A stretch of DNA of 63,914 bases, filler included, from Octopus bimaculoides (GCF_001194135.2; 4 parts of 4 records of this genome joined end to end with filler, not necessarily neighbours in it); one strand, 5' to 3'. Shown: positions 1-13,589, counted from the first letter of the whole stretch. Numbers and translations are program-made. Notes: generated from the letters alone by a model not told the origin.

Positions 1-52
<52 letters not shown>

Positions 53-140
53 TGTACGTTTATATATGCGTGCGTGTATATATGTATGTAAGTTTATACA
101 AACACACACACACACACATATGCACACACACTCATACACA
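1..140. repeat. (TA)n/(CA)n microsatellite, representative of many similar tracts throughout the window
   Basis: Direct reading; most N gaps are flanked by (TA)n or (CA)n. Confidence 0.95.
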
Positions 141-429
141 TAATAAAGTTAGATCCTGTTATATATTTTTCGTAAATATCTGTATTAAGATATGAACGCG
201 TTATTAATAATGTTTAAGTAGAAAATTATGATGTCTATTAACCACTCTTTTATCATAATTGTAATGACACAGAACAAATTAGACATTTTGGAGTTGTGAC
301 AGTGAGAAGAATATGTCATTGATTTTGGATTCCTCGGTGCTTCACTAAACCTTAGTAATCTCCAGTAAACCTCTCTGAGAGTAATTGTTTTTTTTTTCTT
401 TTAAATTTGGGTGTTGATGGCTGGAGCAG

Positions 430-1330
430 AATTTAAGGCTTTTGCAGGTAATCCTTCACTTATGGAACTAATGCTATCGATATACTGCTGTAATTGTTGC
501 TAGTCAACACTTGCAGGATAGATCTGTACAGGAAGAAAGAAATAGAGGGATTGCATGCTGAGGAAGAAGGACTGAGTTTAGTGACAAGTGCAATACCAGT
601 GTGAAGAGAAGATACAAGCAATTTGACAGTGTCTAACTAAATGTGGTACCCAGGCCAGCAACTTTCAATGAGCAAAGGGCATTGGAGTAGCAGCAGAATA
701 CGCAGAAAGACAGCTTGATTGTTGGTTAGACTGGAGTGTGAGTGATTGATTTTATACTTGTCACTTGAGTAGCCTTAGCATGGACGTGAGTTTGAGTGAC
801 ATGTCAACACTTGAAGGTGCTTTTGGGGCCTCCTATTTTGAAACTACTGCAGGTTTGGTGTTTATATTTCTGAATTGTGTGTGGATGACATATGTTTGGG
901 GAGCGTTTAGCAAAACAGAAGAGTAGAAGCACCTGTATGAGGTGTAAGTATTACTGGATGTGTCATTGATGTATAGAAGAGAAAAAGTGGTTGAGAAAAC
1001 CAAACCTTGCGGTGCCTCATATTTGATAAAATGTTGAATAGAAAGCGCTCTATAAACATCTGCTGCAGTTGTGTGGTTTGATATGATGCTGCCAATTTAA
1101 GAGAAGGAATATGAATGGAACTTATACGTAAGATATTTCAATTGGAGGTTGAATACGAGACATGGCTGAAAGCTTTTCTGCTGTTTAGCGCAACAATATT
1201 GCTTTCAGAAGATATGAGTAAGTAGCATATAAATATATGAGAGGTATGAGGTTGTCATTTAGAATAGTAAAATGTATGGCTGGTTTTTAAAGGATGTATG
1301 TCATTGTTTTTTCTTTAACCTAGACGTTCT
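430..1330 (-). mobile_element. Degraded CR1/L2-type LINE, RT C-terminal region
   Basis: Minus-strand frames give PQGLVLSTTFSLLYIND / PLFLFY...HTGASTL (decayed PQGSVLSPxLFLLxIND...YADDSTL) and ...CSLKVAGL..., typical of CR1-type ORF2. Many frameshifts; boundaries approximate. Confidence 0.6.
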
Positions 1331-1432
1331 CATCTCCTCCAGTAAGGCTGACAGCTAATATCTCCCTTGAATAATTTTAAGTTGGGTGCAGGAAAAACAC
1401 AAACACATGCAAGTAGACGGAAGAAGAACCGA

Positions 1433-1492
1433 ATGGAACCAGATGGAGTGGCATGGAACTAGATGGAGTGGCATGGAACTAGATGGAGTGGT
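1433..1492 (+). repeat. 20-bp tandem repeat x3
   Basis: atggaac(c/t)agatggagtggc repeated three times. Confidence 0.9.
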
Positions 1493-2080
1493 CACTACTT
1501 GTGCTGTAAGAAGAGGAGTGGCACATGAGTCGGGAATGACTAAATGCAAGTGGCAGCAGACCAACAACCTCTAAAAAAAACTAAAGGTCATTGACATACC
1601 AGCAAAAAAAAAAAAGAAAAAACGTAAGGAAAAGAGACATCATATCTATGGACAAAGGGGTTTTGTGAAATGGAAAGTGACTTTATAGCAATATGTTGAG
1701 TGGGCTGTCTTTGGATATATTCTAGGATTTCAACATGCTCAATAACAGCTCTATCTCCATTGTAAATGTAGAACTCTTCTTGGGTCTCACCCGAGCCTTT
1801 AGAGGATTAATAATTGTTGGCATTTGAAGCATATTCTGGTAATAGTTTTTTTCTATTTTTACATTTTATATCTCCATCGGCAAGTATTGTTGCATATTGA
1901 TTTTCAATAGATTAAGCCCTGGTTCACTGCATTCATGATAGTTAGGGAGATAAGGAATTCTGTAGAAAAACCAACCTATTAGGAAGTACAGAAATTTTCA
2001 AGTTTGTAGCCAATACTGACATTTCCCTAATATATTTTGATGAAAGATACATAGACATAAATTCACACATATACATGCAC

Positions 2081-2133
<53 letters not shown>

Positions 2134-2134
2134 A

Positions 2135-2420
2135 CTCACCCAGTGAAGACGATATATGAGAGTTCTGACCCTGCTGTACGACCTGCGCAAATGATTTGTT
2201 TAAAGTAATTAAATTTTCGTGCCGTGTAATACCTCAAACTCTCCATCAAGTTGACGTTGTCCAAACAGTTGCATTGTAAATCCCGTGTTAGGTGTCGAAG
2301 TGATTGCAGAACAACGTGAGATGAGGTGGCATGCGCAAGACACAACACATTACCTAGTCTAGGAATTGAAATCACGATCTAGCGATTGTGAGTGAAACAG
2401 CTTAACTCCTAAGCCATGTG
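2135..2420 (-). mobile_element. tRNA-derived SINE, degraded
   Basis: Reverse complement begins ggcacatggcttaggagttaag...atttcaattcc, giving A- and B-box-like motifs at tRNA spacing. Confidence 0.55.
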
Positions 2421-2481
2421 CCCTCTCTCACACACCCACACACTCACATATATGCACACATTAATATATCTATATATGTAT

Positions 2482-2522
<41 letters not shown>

Positions 2523-3059
2523 AATAGATAAAAGCATATACTCATACATATAGATGTATTTATGTAGAAATATATATAAAAAGTATATTATTCAAGCACG
2601 GTAGTGGTTGAATATATTCTTAAGTACACCATTTCGTCAATCGCAGCAGCTTCCAAGCGTCACTACTAATTCAGTTATCAACTAAATTGCAACAATTGTT
2701 AACAGTTTTAAAGAGAACACCTTCTCAGCTACACTTTGGCATAAATAGTTTGAGATTTGGTTCAGTAGAAAAATGTTATGTCAAAATATCTGCGACTTCA
2801 AGAGGAGAAGCAAAGCAGATATTCATCTTCAATTAACATATTTTTTTAAATTTTAAATTAAAAGTATACTTTTCTTTGGCCTAAATGATAGAAACATGTA
2901 TGAAGAATTCAAAATCGTTAGTCGCAATGAATAAAAATTAGTAGAAAAACAGTTATGAGGTAAAATGTTACGAAATTTAATGTCAGGAAGTAAGGGAGTA
3001 ACGCTTAAGCAATAAGAATAAAGAATATATTTCTAAAATGAACGCTTGTATTCTAAGCC

Positions 3060-3480
3060 ACTGAGCCGGCAGAAACGTTATCGTGCCGGGCGAAATGCTT
3101 AGTGGTATTTCGTCTATCTTTATTCTGTGAGTTCGACTTTCACCGAGGTCGACTTTGACGTACGTATTATTTAATTAATATTTTTCTTACTACACACTTT
3201 CAAACTTCCTATACTGGTACAACATGTCACATAGAACAGGGTTTATTCTTAACGTCTTTGAAAAAATTTTATATTTTTGAAGTGGTATTTCTTCTGTCTT
3301 TACGTTCTGAGTTCAAATTCCGCCGAGGTCGACTTTGCCATTCATCCATTTCGGATTTGTTCAATTAGACGTACAGATTAATTATTTTTTTAAAACTAAA
3401 CACTTTCAAACTTCCGATACTGGTAGAATGTGTTACTCTTAACGTCTTTGACAAAATTTTGTATATTAGAAGTTTATTTC
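3060..3480 (+). repeat. SINE fragments within a ~200-bp local tandem duplication
   Basis: gagttc...ccgaggtcgactttg SINE segment plus acactttcaaacttcc..tactggta...cttaacgtctttga.aaaatttt occurs twice (about 3105-3280 and 3280-3480). Confidence 0.7.
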
Positions 3481-3639
3481 GTCAGGAGTTACAGAGTGAC
3501 AATGACCAAATTCGTGTTTGATAAGTGCCAATACACGAAACTCTCAGCTTTTGGCTTACTCTCTAGCTTCTGCCGATGATATATATACATATTACATATA
3601 TGTGTAAAAAAATCACATCCCGTAATCGAATCAATGAAA

Positions 3640-3825
3640 AAGCCTCTACCTAGTCGCTAGACACGCTAAAAATAGCAGCCAAAGTATCCCCCTATCTAAA
3701 TCACACACCCATTGTATGTAATGTCCTAGATTGTTTCTAAAAAGACGGTTTGCTGAAGGCTGGAATGTCTTTGACAATAGGTTTGTAGTATCAGGGTTGA
3801 TTGGAGGCTAAATAACAACAATATT
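3640..3825 (+). mobile_element. SINE 3' portion
   Basis: aaatagcagccaaa...ggctggaatgtctttg...ggctaaataacaacaa ending in an (ACA)n-like tail. Related ends occur inverted at about 13100-13170 and 13300-13360. Confidence 0.5.
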
Positions 3826-4749
3826 ATGGCAAATTTCTATATTAACACCCGCACGATTTTCACTAAGAAACAAACTTTGATTTTTCGCATGGAATCAAGT
3901 ACTGTGACCTCCTAATATGCTGCAAATCCCTTATTTTGGTTCGTAAAGAATGAGGTGGATTTTTTTCCCGTTGTATGAATTCCTGTGACCTCCTAATATT
4001 GCAAAATTAGGTTACTTAATGTGAGCCTGGTATCTGATGGTTTGGGGGTCTTGTTGTTTGTAACTTTTGGTGAGCCATGGCGCAACCAACAACATGGTAA
4101 AAATCCCTGCCATTGATTTGGTGTGGACGGGTAATATCAAATAATTCAATCACAACATATATTTGCATTAAACATGAACAAAATCGATATATTACCATCA
4201 CTTACATGGATAAATTGAAATATTATCCTTCAGTATTTTATTAGGTAAAATTTTAAATTATTAATTGACACATTATTAATTATCTTATAACAGCAATGCC
4301 TGGAAAAATCATGGATTACATGGAAAAATGCGAGCATGAAAAGTAATATTCTAAAGATTATAAACCTGGAAAAGTACAAGACAAGTTATTACACATGTAA
4401 TAGTATAGGACAAACTACTACTTCAACTAAAGTAAAGAATAAGAAACTTTTACTTAAAATATTGCAGCTAAAATTAAAATTTGAATATTACAACTTATTT
4501 TATTATAGTTTACAAATAACACTATACTTATTTAAGTAGAATTTGGCTAATTTACTACCTTATATACAGAAAAAAGTGACTAGTTAGATAAACTTACAAA
4601 TTAGCTGCACAGTTTTGTACAATAAAATTAAAAGATGAGAACTGTAAAGAGTGATAAATTAGAAGAACTGGCATTCTTTGTTGCAATATTTTAAGTAAAA
4701 AGTTTCTTATTCTTTACTGTAGTAGAAATAATAGCTTGTCCTATACTTT

Positions 4750-5805
4750 TACAGGTGTAATAACTTGTCCTGTACTTCTCCAAGTTTCCTTCTATTTCAT
4801 ATGTGCATTATTTCTTTGATTTCCCATCTCCTTCCACTTCTCATATCTTTCTTTTTCACTCCTACTTGTTGTTGGCTCCCGTTCGGAGTTCGAATTGCAC
4901 TCTCTTCCTCTTTCTCTTGTGCTTTCGTAGCCTTTCTTTCTTTTGATCTTTTTGTGTTTGGAATTTTTGGCGGTGAATCCGCACTTGTCCTTTTTTTGTT
5001 TGCCACTGTTTCTTCTACCTTCTTATCTTCCTATACCACTGCAATTTCCATCTCTGCCTGGTTCTTCTCTAATTCCTCTTCTTTATGGGGACACTTTGCC
5101 TGCATGTGTCCCCTACTTCTACATTCATAACATATAGGAGGTTTCCCCTCCACCATGATTCTCAATCGTGTCTCATCGGGGAGCACCAGTTCCGCTTTTA
5201 TTTTATGCAAGTGTTATATGGACCACGACTTCTAATGCATAACCCCACCAATTAATCTCATTAGACATCTCCACCTTAATTACTTCTGCTTCCTTTTCAT
5301 AGTTATAGAGGATGGCTGCCACAAGCCATGCCTCGTCTATTTCCGGGGGCATTCTCCCTATCCTGACACTTGCGGCTCGTTTTCCGCAGTAAGTTGGCAA
5401 GAGTGCCCATTTGGCCGTTCTCAAAGGCACCGTGTAGTACCTTTTTGCTTCTTCTTCGTTCACGAAACACACCTCCACTGTACCGTATTTCTTTCCTCTG
5501 GCATAGAAAGGGGGTCACTTCTTTAACTTCCCCCATAAATTCCTCTATGGCTTCAATTCCTGCTACTTCCACACGTTTGGCTTCAACGTTCAATGTGCGA
5601 TACACGTTAATTTTCTTTTCAGCGTCTTGAAAAATTCGATAGGTGGTGTCAACCGGAGGCAAGCCCCCTACTTTTTAAACAGTTCATTGAACTTTTTTAA
5701 ATTCTTGTCTTCCAACGTTACTTCTTTTAGTTGCAGCATGTCAGCTGACAGGCTTTTGCCTGCCACCGCAGCGTAACTGCCAGCTTCCATATCTTCATTC
5801 AAAAA
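4750..5805 (-). mobile_element. L1/Tx1-type LINE ORF1 (gag-like) remnant with CCHC zinc knuckle
   Basis: Minus strand ...LVLPDETRLRIMVEGKPPI CYECRSRGHMQAKC PHKEEE (CX2CX4HX4C at 5091-5132), followed by a Lys/Glu-rich tail. Stops and frameshifts present. Confidence 0.75.
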
Positions 5806-6814
5806 TGGGGAAGAAAGAAACAAATTCAATAATAATTACCAATTCTCAAATNNNNNNNNNNNNNNNNNNNNNNNNNNNNNNNNNNNNNNNNNNNNNNNNN
5901 NNNNNNNNNNNNNNNNNNNNNNNNNNNNNNNNNNNNNNNNNNNNNNNNNNNNNNNNNNNNNNNNNNNNNNNNNNNNNNNNNNNNNNNNNNNNNNNNNNNN
6001 NNNNNNNNNNNNNNNNNNNNNNNNNNNNNNNNNNNNNNNNNNNNNNNNNNNNNNNNNNNNNNNNNNNNNNNNNNNNNNNNNNNNNNNNNNNNNNNNNNNN
6101 NNNNNNNNNNNNNNNNNNNNNNNNNNNNNNNNNNNNNNNNNNNNNNNNNNNNNNNNNNNNNNNNNNNNNNNNNNNNNNNNNNNNNNNNNNNNNNNNNNNN
6201 NNNNNNNNNNNNNNNNNNNNNNNNNNNNNNNNNNNNNNNNNNNNNNNNNNNNNNNNNNNNNNNNNNNNNNNNNNNNNNNNNNNNNNNNNNNNNNNNNNNN
6301 NNNNNNNNNNNNNNNNNNNNNNNNNNNNNNNNNNNNNNNNNNNNNNNNNNNNNNNNNNNNNNNNNNNNNNNNNNNNNNNNNNNNNNNNNNNNNNNNNNNN
6401 NNNNNNNNNNNNNNNNNNNNNNNNNNNNNNNNNNNATATATAATATATATATATATATATATTTACACACACATACATGTGCAGCACACTTACATGCACT
6501 GAATGTGCATACGCATACCCCCCCACACACACAGACGCACATGCATACGTATATCTACACACGTATAGTTGTACGCATACACATTCCTTCATCATGTTTA
6601 GATCTATGCATCTCTACTGCCTCGTTAGTTTTGCAAGAAGTAACTATTTGTTGGCACATTTTATGAATATGCAGTTGCATTGTAAGGTTACATATCTGAC
6701 CATATAAGAACATCAATATCTGCACACAAATATAAAGATATAGAAAGGCATAGTTTTGCCTCTTTAAATAATTCATCGATTGCGTTAATCTAGAGACACA
6801 ATTTTATGTATGGA

Positions 6815-6917
6815 TGTACCTGATGAGACCCAGACTACAAAATGTATGCAACACATGTTGAACAGAGTCACACCCATAAGGGACAGTAGCAGGATGGGTG
6901 GAAACGACCATCGTACA
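6815..6917 (+). ncRNA. Degenerate type I hammerhead ribozyme-like motif
   Basis: TGTAC(6815-19) CTGATGA G ACCCA ... TGGGT G GAAAC GACC ATC GTACA(6913-17). Stems I and II are complementary in the correct register; the G10.1-C11.1 pair and GUC triplet are mutated. Confidence 0.45.
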
Positions 6918-6960
6918 AAATAAAGATTAATACCAAATCCATCTTCTGGTTACTTAAAAA

Positions 6961-7025
<65 letters not shown>

Positions 7026-7060
7026 TATTATTATTATTATTATCATCATCGTTGTTGTTG
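6961..7060. repeat. (ATT)n/(CAT)n/(GTT)n microsatellite at the 3' end of an R4-type element
   Basis: Direct reading. Confidence 0.95.
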
Positions 7061-7064
7061 TTGT

Positions 7065-8182
7065 TTTAATGTCTTTGCACAGCTTCTATCGCTGGAGATG
7101 TACTGCGGTGTCAGCTGTTCACTACCAGTGAACTTAGGTAACACCTCTTATTTTTCGAGCACCTTCCGGAGTATTCGAGCGGTTCCAAGCAGTACTGTTT
7201 TCTGTAATTGCTCCACCCCTATTGCAGTCACTATATGTTCCACGTAGTTCTCAAACTCACTGTTCCCAGGGCTCCGACAATTATTAGTACTACTACCTTC
7301 TTTTTCAGCAACCACAACTGCTTAATCACCCAAGCTAACCTGTCGCATCTATCGACTTTTCTTTCTTCCTTATCGCATTCCTTGTTGTTAGCTGGGCATG
7401 CTATATCTATGATCTAGCATCGTTTGCTTTTTTTCTCAATTAAGACTATGTCGGGTTTCCTATTCTCTCTCTCATGGTCACACTGAATCATAAAATCCGA
7501 TAGGATCTTTGCATTATCACTTTCAATGATGCCTTCGGGTTTATGTTCGTACAACATTTTTGCTCTGTCAAGTCCATACTTGTCGTAAAGTGTCCAATGG
7601 ACACTCCTTGCTATATTGTCATGACGTCTCTTACGTTCTTTCTGGGCTAGTGGCGTGCATTGACTAGTAATATGCCATACGGTTTCATAAGTTTGTCCAC
7701 AAATTCTGCACTTACCACTTTCTGATGTGTTGTTTATTCTCTATTTGATGTAATTAGTTGTTAACGCTTGCTCTTGGACATCAGAGATTAGAGAATCCAT
7801 TTCCTGTTTTAAATCACTTTTAGACATCTATAGCTATCTTTTTTCTTTGTCTGTCTTATCTTCAATATCCTATGAAATTGTCTATGCATTCTTTTCTTTA
7901 TCCATCTATTTTCAGTTTCATTCATTCTCAAGTGCTTATAGTGCTTTATCTTTGAAATCTTCCATCCTACACAAGTCTGACCTTCTTACGTCCAATAATA
8001 GGGATTCTGTGGCATTTTTTACAAACCATGCAATGTTGTTTTCTTCTGTTCTAATGATGTGTTCGCATCCAATCAGTCCTTTTCCCCTCTTTTTCTTGGT
8101 ACATACATTCTGTCTGTGACACTATTTGGGTGGAGTATCCCATATCTAGTCAGAACGTCCTTGTGTTTCTGTCTAAGCTGAC

Positions 8183-8183
<1 letters not shown>
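7065..8183 (-). mobile_element. R4/Dong-clade non-LTR retrotransposon, 5'-truncated (CCHC plus restriction-like endonuclease)
   Basis: Minus strand CRICGQTYETVWHITSQCTPLAQKERKRRHDNIA...DFMIQCDHERENRKPDIVLIEKK...IDIACPAN..., i.e. CCHC followed by the PD..D RLE motif. Flanked both sides by (ATT)n. Confidence 0.85.
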
Positions 8184-8249
<66 letters not shown>

Positions 8250-8254
8250 TACTT

Positions 8255-10730
8255 TTAATCTGCATGTTTATTACAATTACTCCCCAATATATACCCAGCG
8301 TCCTGGGGCATGTGAAGGAGAAAAGATGTTATAATATGACCGAAAGTTTGGGGAGNNNNNNNNNNTACTTGTCAGCACAATCATTTGGATTTCTCTGAGA
8401 CATTGTTCTCCTGGGATATTATGTAGATATTTTTGACATCCCTTCCTTATCATATCTAGAGCCCCCACAATCACAGGAACAGTTCTCGCTTTAAGATGCC
8501 ACATCTTTTGTATTTCAGTTTCCAGGTGCTTTTATTTACTTAATTTGTAAAATTCCTTTACAGGTAGATTTTTATCTGTGGGAACACTTACAATTATTAG
8601 TCTACAAGTATTTTCTTCTCTGTATTTAATGACTATGTCTAGTCGATTAGATTGGATCGTTCTATCGGTGCTGATAGGAAAATCCCAGAGTATAGTGACA
8701 TTTTTACCTTCGACGATTGGGCTCAGGATGACGTTCAGACCAGTAATCAAAAGTACTGATTTTGTAGTGTTTACATATTTTCCAATGTAAACACTGTCCT
8801 ACTCTATCGTGAAGATTTTTGCATTCGTTTCGTTTCAGCACAGATGGTCTATTGTTTCATCAAATTTATCGCAGAATCTGCATTTAGGTCAGAGCCATTT
8901 TGAAGAACGTTAGCCTGGTAGTTTTTGGTAAGCAAGCTTTGATCTTGCGTCGCCAATATGAGACCTTCAGTCTTCTTTCAGTCCTGAGCTTCTCCCCCCG
9001 CTGATGGGTTACTGTACATCAGGATGTCGACATCGAAATATATACTGTCCATGCAGAGGCTTCTGACTCCACTACTCCTCAATGTATTTCTGCCAGTTCT
9101 TTTTTGCACTCTGTTTGATCTCTTTTGCTTTTCTCGTGGCAGTGGTTTCAGGTTCTTCATCTAATTCAGGGTTAATGCCGAGTTCCCTTACGAATTTGCA
9201 AGCTTACTTGGAAATAAAATGTGATATTTTGCTGCTTTCGTGTTTGCACACAAGCCGCAGCATCCAGTCCTCTGTACTAGATAAGTACATGTTCATTGTT
9301 ATTGTGGAGGTCTTATAGCACAGTTCTACCTGCATCATTCCTCTTCCTCCATTACTTCCAGGTAAGTACAGACGTCTGCTTTGGGTGGGAAATGTTCTTA
9401 GATGTTAGTGTTTTTTTTTGTCTTACTGTACAGGCATTGGAGCTCTGTAAGTTTCCAGTTAATGTTGTTAAAACTGTATTGGGCTACTAGAAGTGTCAGG
9501 ATGTTAATGGCTTCGATGCGATTTTTGGAGTTGAGTCCAGTTTTTAGAATGAATCGTATACTTCTGTAATACTCCTTTCGTATTTCCTTCATAAAAGCAT
9601 GTTCTTTATCCTCAGGTACTTATAGCTTTCTTGTGGTTCAAGCTCCTTGCTGTTAGTGTCGGTATCTAATTTAATGGAAGCTGTTTGCTTGAGCTTGCCT
9701 CTTACAAATGTTGCTTTAGCACACTTATCAAGGCTAAAATCCATCTCGATGCATTACTGAACTCTTTAACAGTTGTTAACAGCCCTACTAGCTCTTCGTC
9801 ATTTCTAGCAAACAGCANNNNNNNNNNNNNNNNNNNNNNNNNNNNNNNNNNNNNNNNNNNNNNNNNNNNNNNNNNNNNNNNNNNNNNNNNNNNNNNNNNN
9901 NNNNNNNNNNNNNNNNNNNNNNNNNNNNNNNNNNNNNNNNNNNNNNNNNNNNNNNNNNNNNNNNNNNNNNNNNNNNNNNNNNNNNNNNNNNNNNNNNNNN
10001 NNNNNNNNNNNNNNNNNNNNNNNNNNNNNNNNNNNNNNNNNNNNNNNNNNNNNNNNNACTGAACTCTTTAACAGTTGTTAACAGCCCTACTAGCTCTTCG
10101 TCATTTCTAGCAAACAGCATCAGATCGTCCAAATAAAACAGATGGTTTACTATAATATTATACATTTTGAACCCATGCCTGTTGTTATACAGTTCGTTTG
10201 AGAGTGGGATCAGTGCCATCCAAAAAGTAATGGGGAGAGTGAGTCACCTTAAAAGATGCCTAGTTTGATGTTGATGTTGTTAGATTGGCTCATTCAATTA
10301 CTATGGTTTAGAAGGAGACATGTATTCCGCTTGGTCATTGTACCTTGTAAGAATTTGAAGACGACAGGAAAGATCTGATATATCTCAAGGGCGTTGAGTA
10401 GCCAATTATGTAGAACACTATCAAACGCTTTCCTGTATGCTATACTATCCATGCTATACTATCCATGCTATACTATCCATGCTATACTATCCATGCTATA
10501 CTATCCATGCTATATTCAGGTATTGCTCCGGCAATTCCCTACAATCATTTTATTTATGAGTAATTGATCTTTGCATACATAAGAATTCCTTTTACAACAT
10601 TTTTGAGTTTGTGGAAGGATAGAGTTCCATTCCAGGAAAATGTATATTCTTTCAGATAGTATGAATGTGAGGATTTTGTAGGCGGTGTTGAGATAAATAA
10701 CTGTCAGGGGCTCTTTGGATTTTTCGTGTC
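8255..10730 (-). mobile_element. R4/Dong-clade non-LTR retrotransposon (RT plus RLE), degraded
   Basis: RT motifs (AWI..RKAFDSV; HLFYLDDLMLFARNDEEL), KEIRKEYYRSIRFILKTGLNSKNRIEAIN, and RLE ILWDFPISTDRTIQSNRLDIVIK. 3' end abuts (ATT)n at 8184-8250. Confidence 0.88.
10438..10514 (+). repeat. 14-bp tandem repeat x5.5 inside the RT
   Basis: tgctatactatcca repeated; interrupts the WIDYRKAFD-type motif. Confidence 0.95.
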
Positions 10731-11663
10731 NNNNNNNNNNNNNNNNNNNNNNNNNNNNNNNNNNNNNNNNNNNNNNNNNNNNNNNNNNNNNNNNNNNNNN
10801 NNNNNNNNNNNNNNNNNNNNNNNNNNNNNNNNNNNNNNNNNNNNNNNNNNNNNNNNNNNNNNNNNNNNNNNNNNNNNNNNNNNNNNNNNNNNNNNNNNNN
10901 NNNNNNNNNNNNNNNNNNNNNNNNNNNNNNNNNNNNNNNNNNNNNNNNNNNNNNNNNNNNNNNNNNNNNNNNNNNNNNNNNNNNNNNNNNNNNNNNNNNN
11001 NNNNNNNNNNNNNNNNNNNNNNNNNNNNNNNNNNNNNNNNNNNNNNNNNNNNNNNNNNNNNNNNNNNNNNNNNNNNNNNNNNNNNNNNNNNNNNNNNNNN
11101 NNNNNNNNNNNNNNNNNNNNNNNNNNNNNNNNNNNNNNNNNNNNNNNNNNNNNNNNNNNNNNNNNNNNNNNNNNNNNNNNNNNNNNNNNNNNNNNNNNNN
11201 NNNNNNNNNNNNNNNNNNNNNNNNNNNNNNNNNNNNNNNNNNNNNNNNNNNNNNNNNNNNNNNNNNNNNNNNNNNNNNNNNNNNNNNNNNNNNNNNNNNN
11301 AGGCAGACCCCCAACTGTAGCTTCAGCTGCGATGGTGAACAGAAATCTGAAAAACTATGAAATTTATATGTTGCTAGGCTTATCAACAAGTATTGCTTGC
11401 GGATATTATGAATAGAAAAATATCTTCAATAAATCTATTCAGAGAATCTGTCTATCTCACTTCCTCGTATCTGTCTATATTATATGTCTCTCACATAACG
11501 TTCTTAATTATCTATAAGTGACCCTCTCTCTTCCTCTTTATCGTTCTTTGTTTGTCACTCTCTTTCTATCTCTTTCCAAACACACTCACATACACAGACA
11601 CAGAGACAGACATACGCAATCACTTGCCTTAAATTATATCAGGTGTTTTTGATATATTTCTAT

Positions 11664-11664
<1 letters not shown>

Positions 11665-11743
<79 letters not shown>

Positions 11744-12182
11744 TTGTCTGTCTATCTGTGTGTCTGTCTATCTATCTACACTCACACATATGTATAACTA
11801 TATCATATGTGTCCCTCTCTATATATAGGCATGTAGAAACAGAGAGGGAGAGAGGGAAGGGGAAGAAAGAGAGAGTGAGAAAGAGAGAGGGGGCAATAAT
11901 ACCTGAGATAATTGAAAGCAAACATTTGGCGATGTGTATGATGTGTCTGCGTGTGGCTGTCATTATATATGTACACAATTTTCCTATATAATCATATATT
12001 ATCAGGTATGTAATTCTCGGTCTTTAACAATATACACTGATAATCACGCACACGCAAATATGTGTGGATACATGCATACACACATACACACACACATACA
12101 TATATACATATATACATATTTACATATATATATATACACACTCATACATACACACACACACATATATATATATACACGCACA

Positions 12183-12218
<36 letters not shown>

Positions 12219-12240
12219 TGTCTGTGCCTATGTGTACACA
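11665..12240. repeat. Compound microsatellites (ATCT)n, (GA)n, (CA/TA)n, (GT)n
   Basis: Direct reading; source of the YLSI, HTHT and VCVC pseudo-ORFs. Confidence 0.95.
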
Positions 12241-13526
12241 TATAAACAAAATCACACACATACATGGAGAAACATACTTTAAATCAACAATCTGGAAGTG
12301 TATTGACATTTCTAAATTGACTGCCAGAGGCAAAAATGTTTTTACCAGGATCTAAGGTGCCATTCTTTAGGCCTGTGGATTTTGTATTTCCATCCAGTTG
12401 ATGGCACTATATCTCAACTTTCGACAAGTTTCTCCATATTAATTGACTGCATTGAAAAATACTTAATACATTCTTACCTTAATTATTTTATTCCGAATTT
12501 CTACTTCTGTAGACCTTAACCTAATGACTGCAGTGAAAGACCAAACATTGTTAGAAATTTTTACTATAGCATTGATCGTTTAGCCAAGATACTGGAAATT
12601 TACATCTTGTCGCTGGTTTGGTGGGGTGAACATAGTCAATAAACAACATTGAAAAAACAAAGTCACCGAAATCTCAGTTGATTAGTACCAGGCTAGCTAT
12701 AAACGTACTATATGATTTTAGACATAGTGTATACAGGACAAGAGTATCTAATATCATGATGAGTATATCTGAAAGAGATTTAACTACAATTTCTAGAAGG
12801 CTAAGTGACTACGTTGAGGCCTTCCTCTTTTGTTGTATGGACCTTCAAACTGTTGCTCTTCAGTCCTATGTCAGCTGTCATCAAATAGGCAAACGATGAA
12901 AAGAACTCAAACCTCTATCAATTCATTATTTTTGTAAGACAGTGTATCAAGCACTACACGAACTTCACTATCTGAATCTTCTCATATCAGCCAATATATA
13001 AGGTGAACTGAGGAAGATGTTGCACATACTTTTAGCTGGTTGAGCGATATGCAGAAGCATCCTCAGAATAGAGTATTTTGTATTTGTAATTGCTGATATT
13101 GTTTAGGTCCAATCCATCTTGATCAGACAGAGCTTTAACCAAAAGCATTCCAATCGTGACCATCGCAATTTTGTCCAACAGAATACAGTGTGAACATTAT
13201 TCAACATGTCTTTCTATTTTAAAAGTGCTTGTGCTATTAGTCGAAAATTTGACTCCTGTTTCTAGCAGGTTGATCATGCACGTAGTATTGCCTTTGTTTC
13301 ACTCCAGGTCAACTCTGCTTAATGAGATTCGTAACCAAAAGCATTCCAAATACGACCATCCCATCAACTTTTTCGAACATAGATTATCCAATTCCAGTAT
13401 CTCTTGTTTTTCTGTTTCACAGAAGTAAGTTTTGCAGCAATTTCTTTTGCACAGGGTCACTTCATTGCAGTCTACATATTAAATCATTAATATTGTAGCT
13501 GAAACCGTATGAGGATAACTGAAATG

Positions 13527-13589
13527 CTGGAGTATCAGTATACTGGAGTATTAGTATACTGGAGTATCAGTATACTGGAGTATCAGTAT
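13527..13589 (+). repeat. 16-bp tandem repeat x4
   Basis: ctggagtat(c/t)agtata repeated. Confidence 0.9.
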
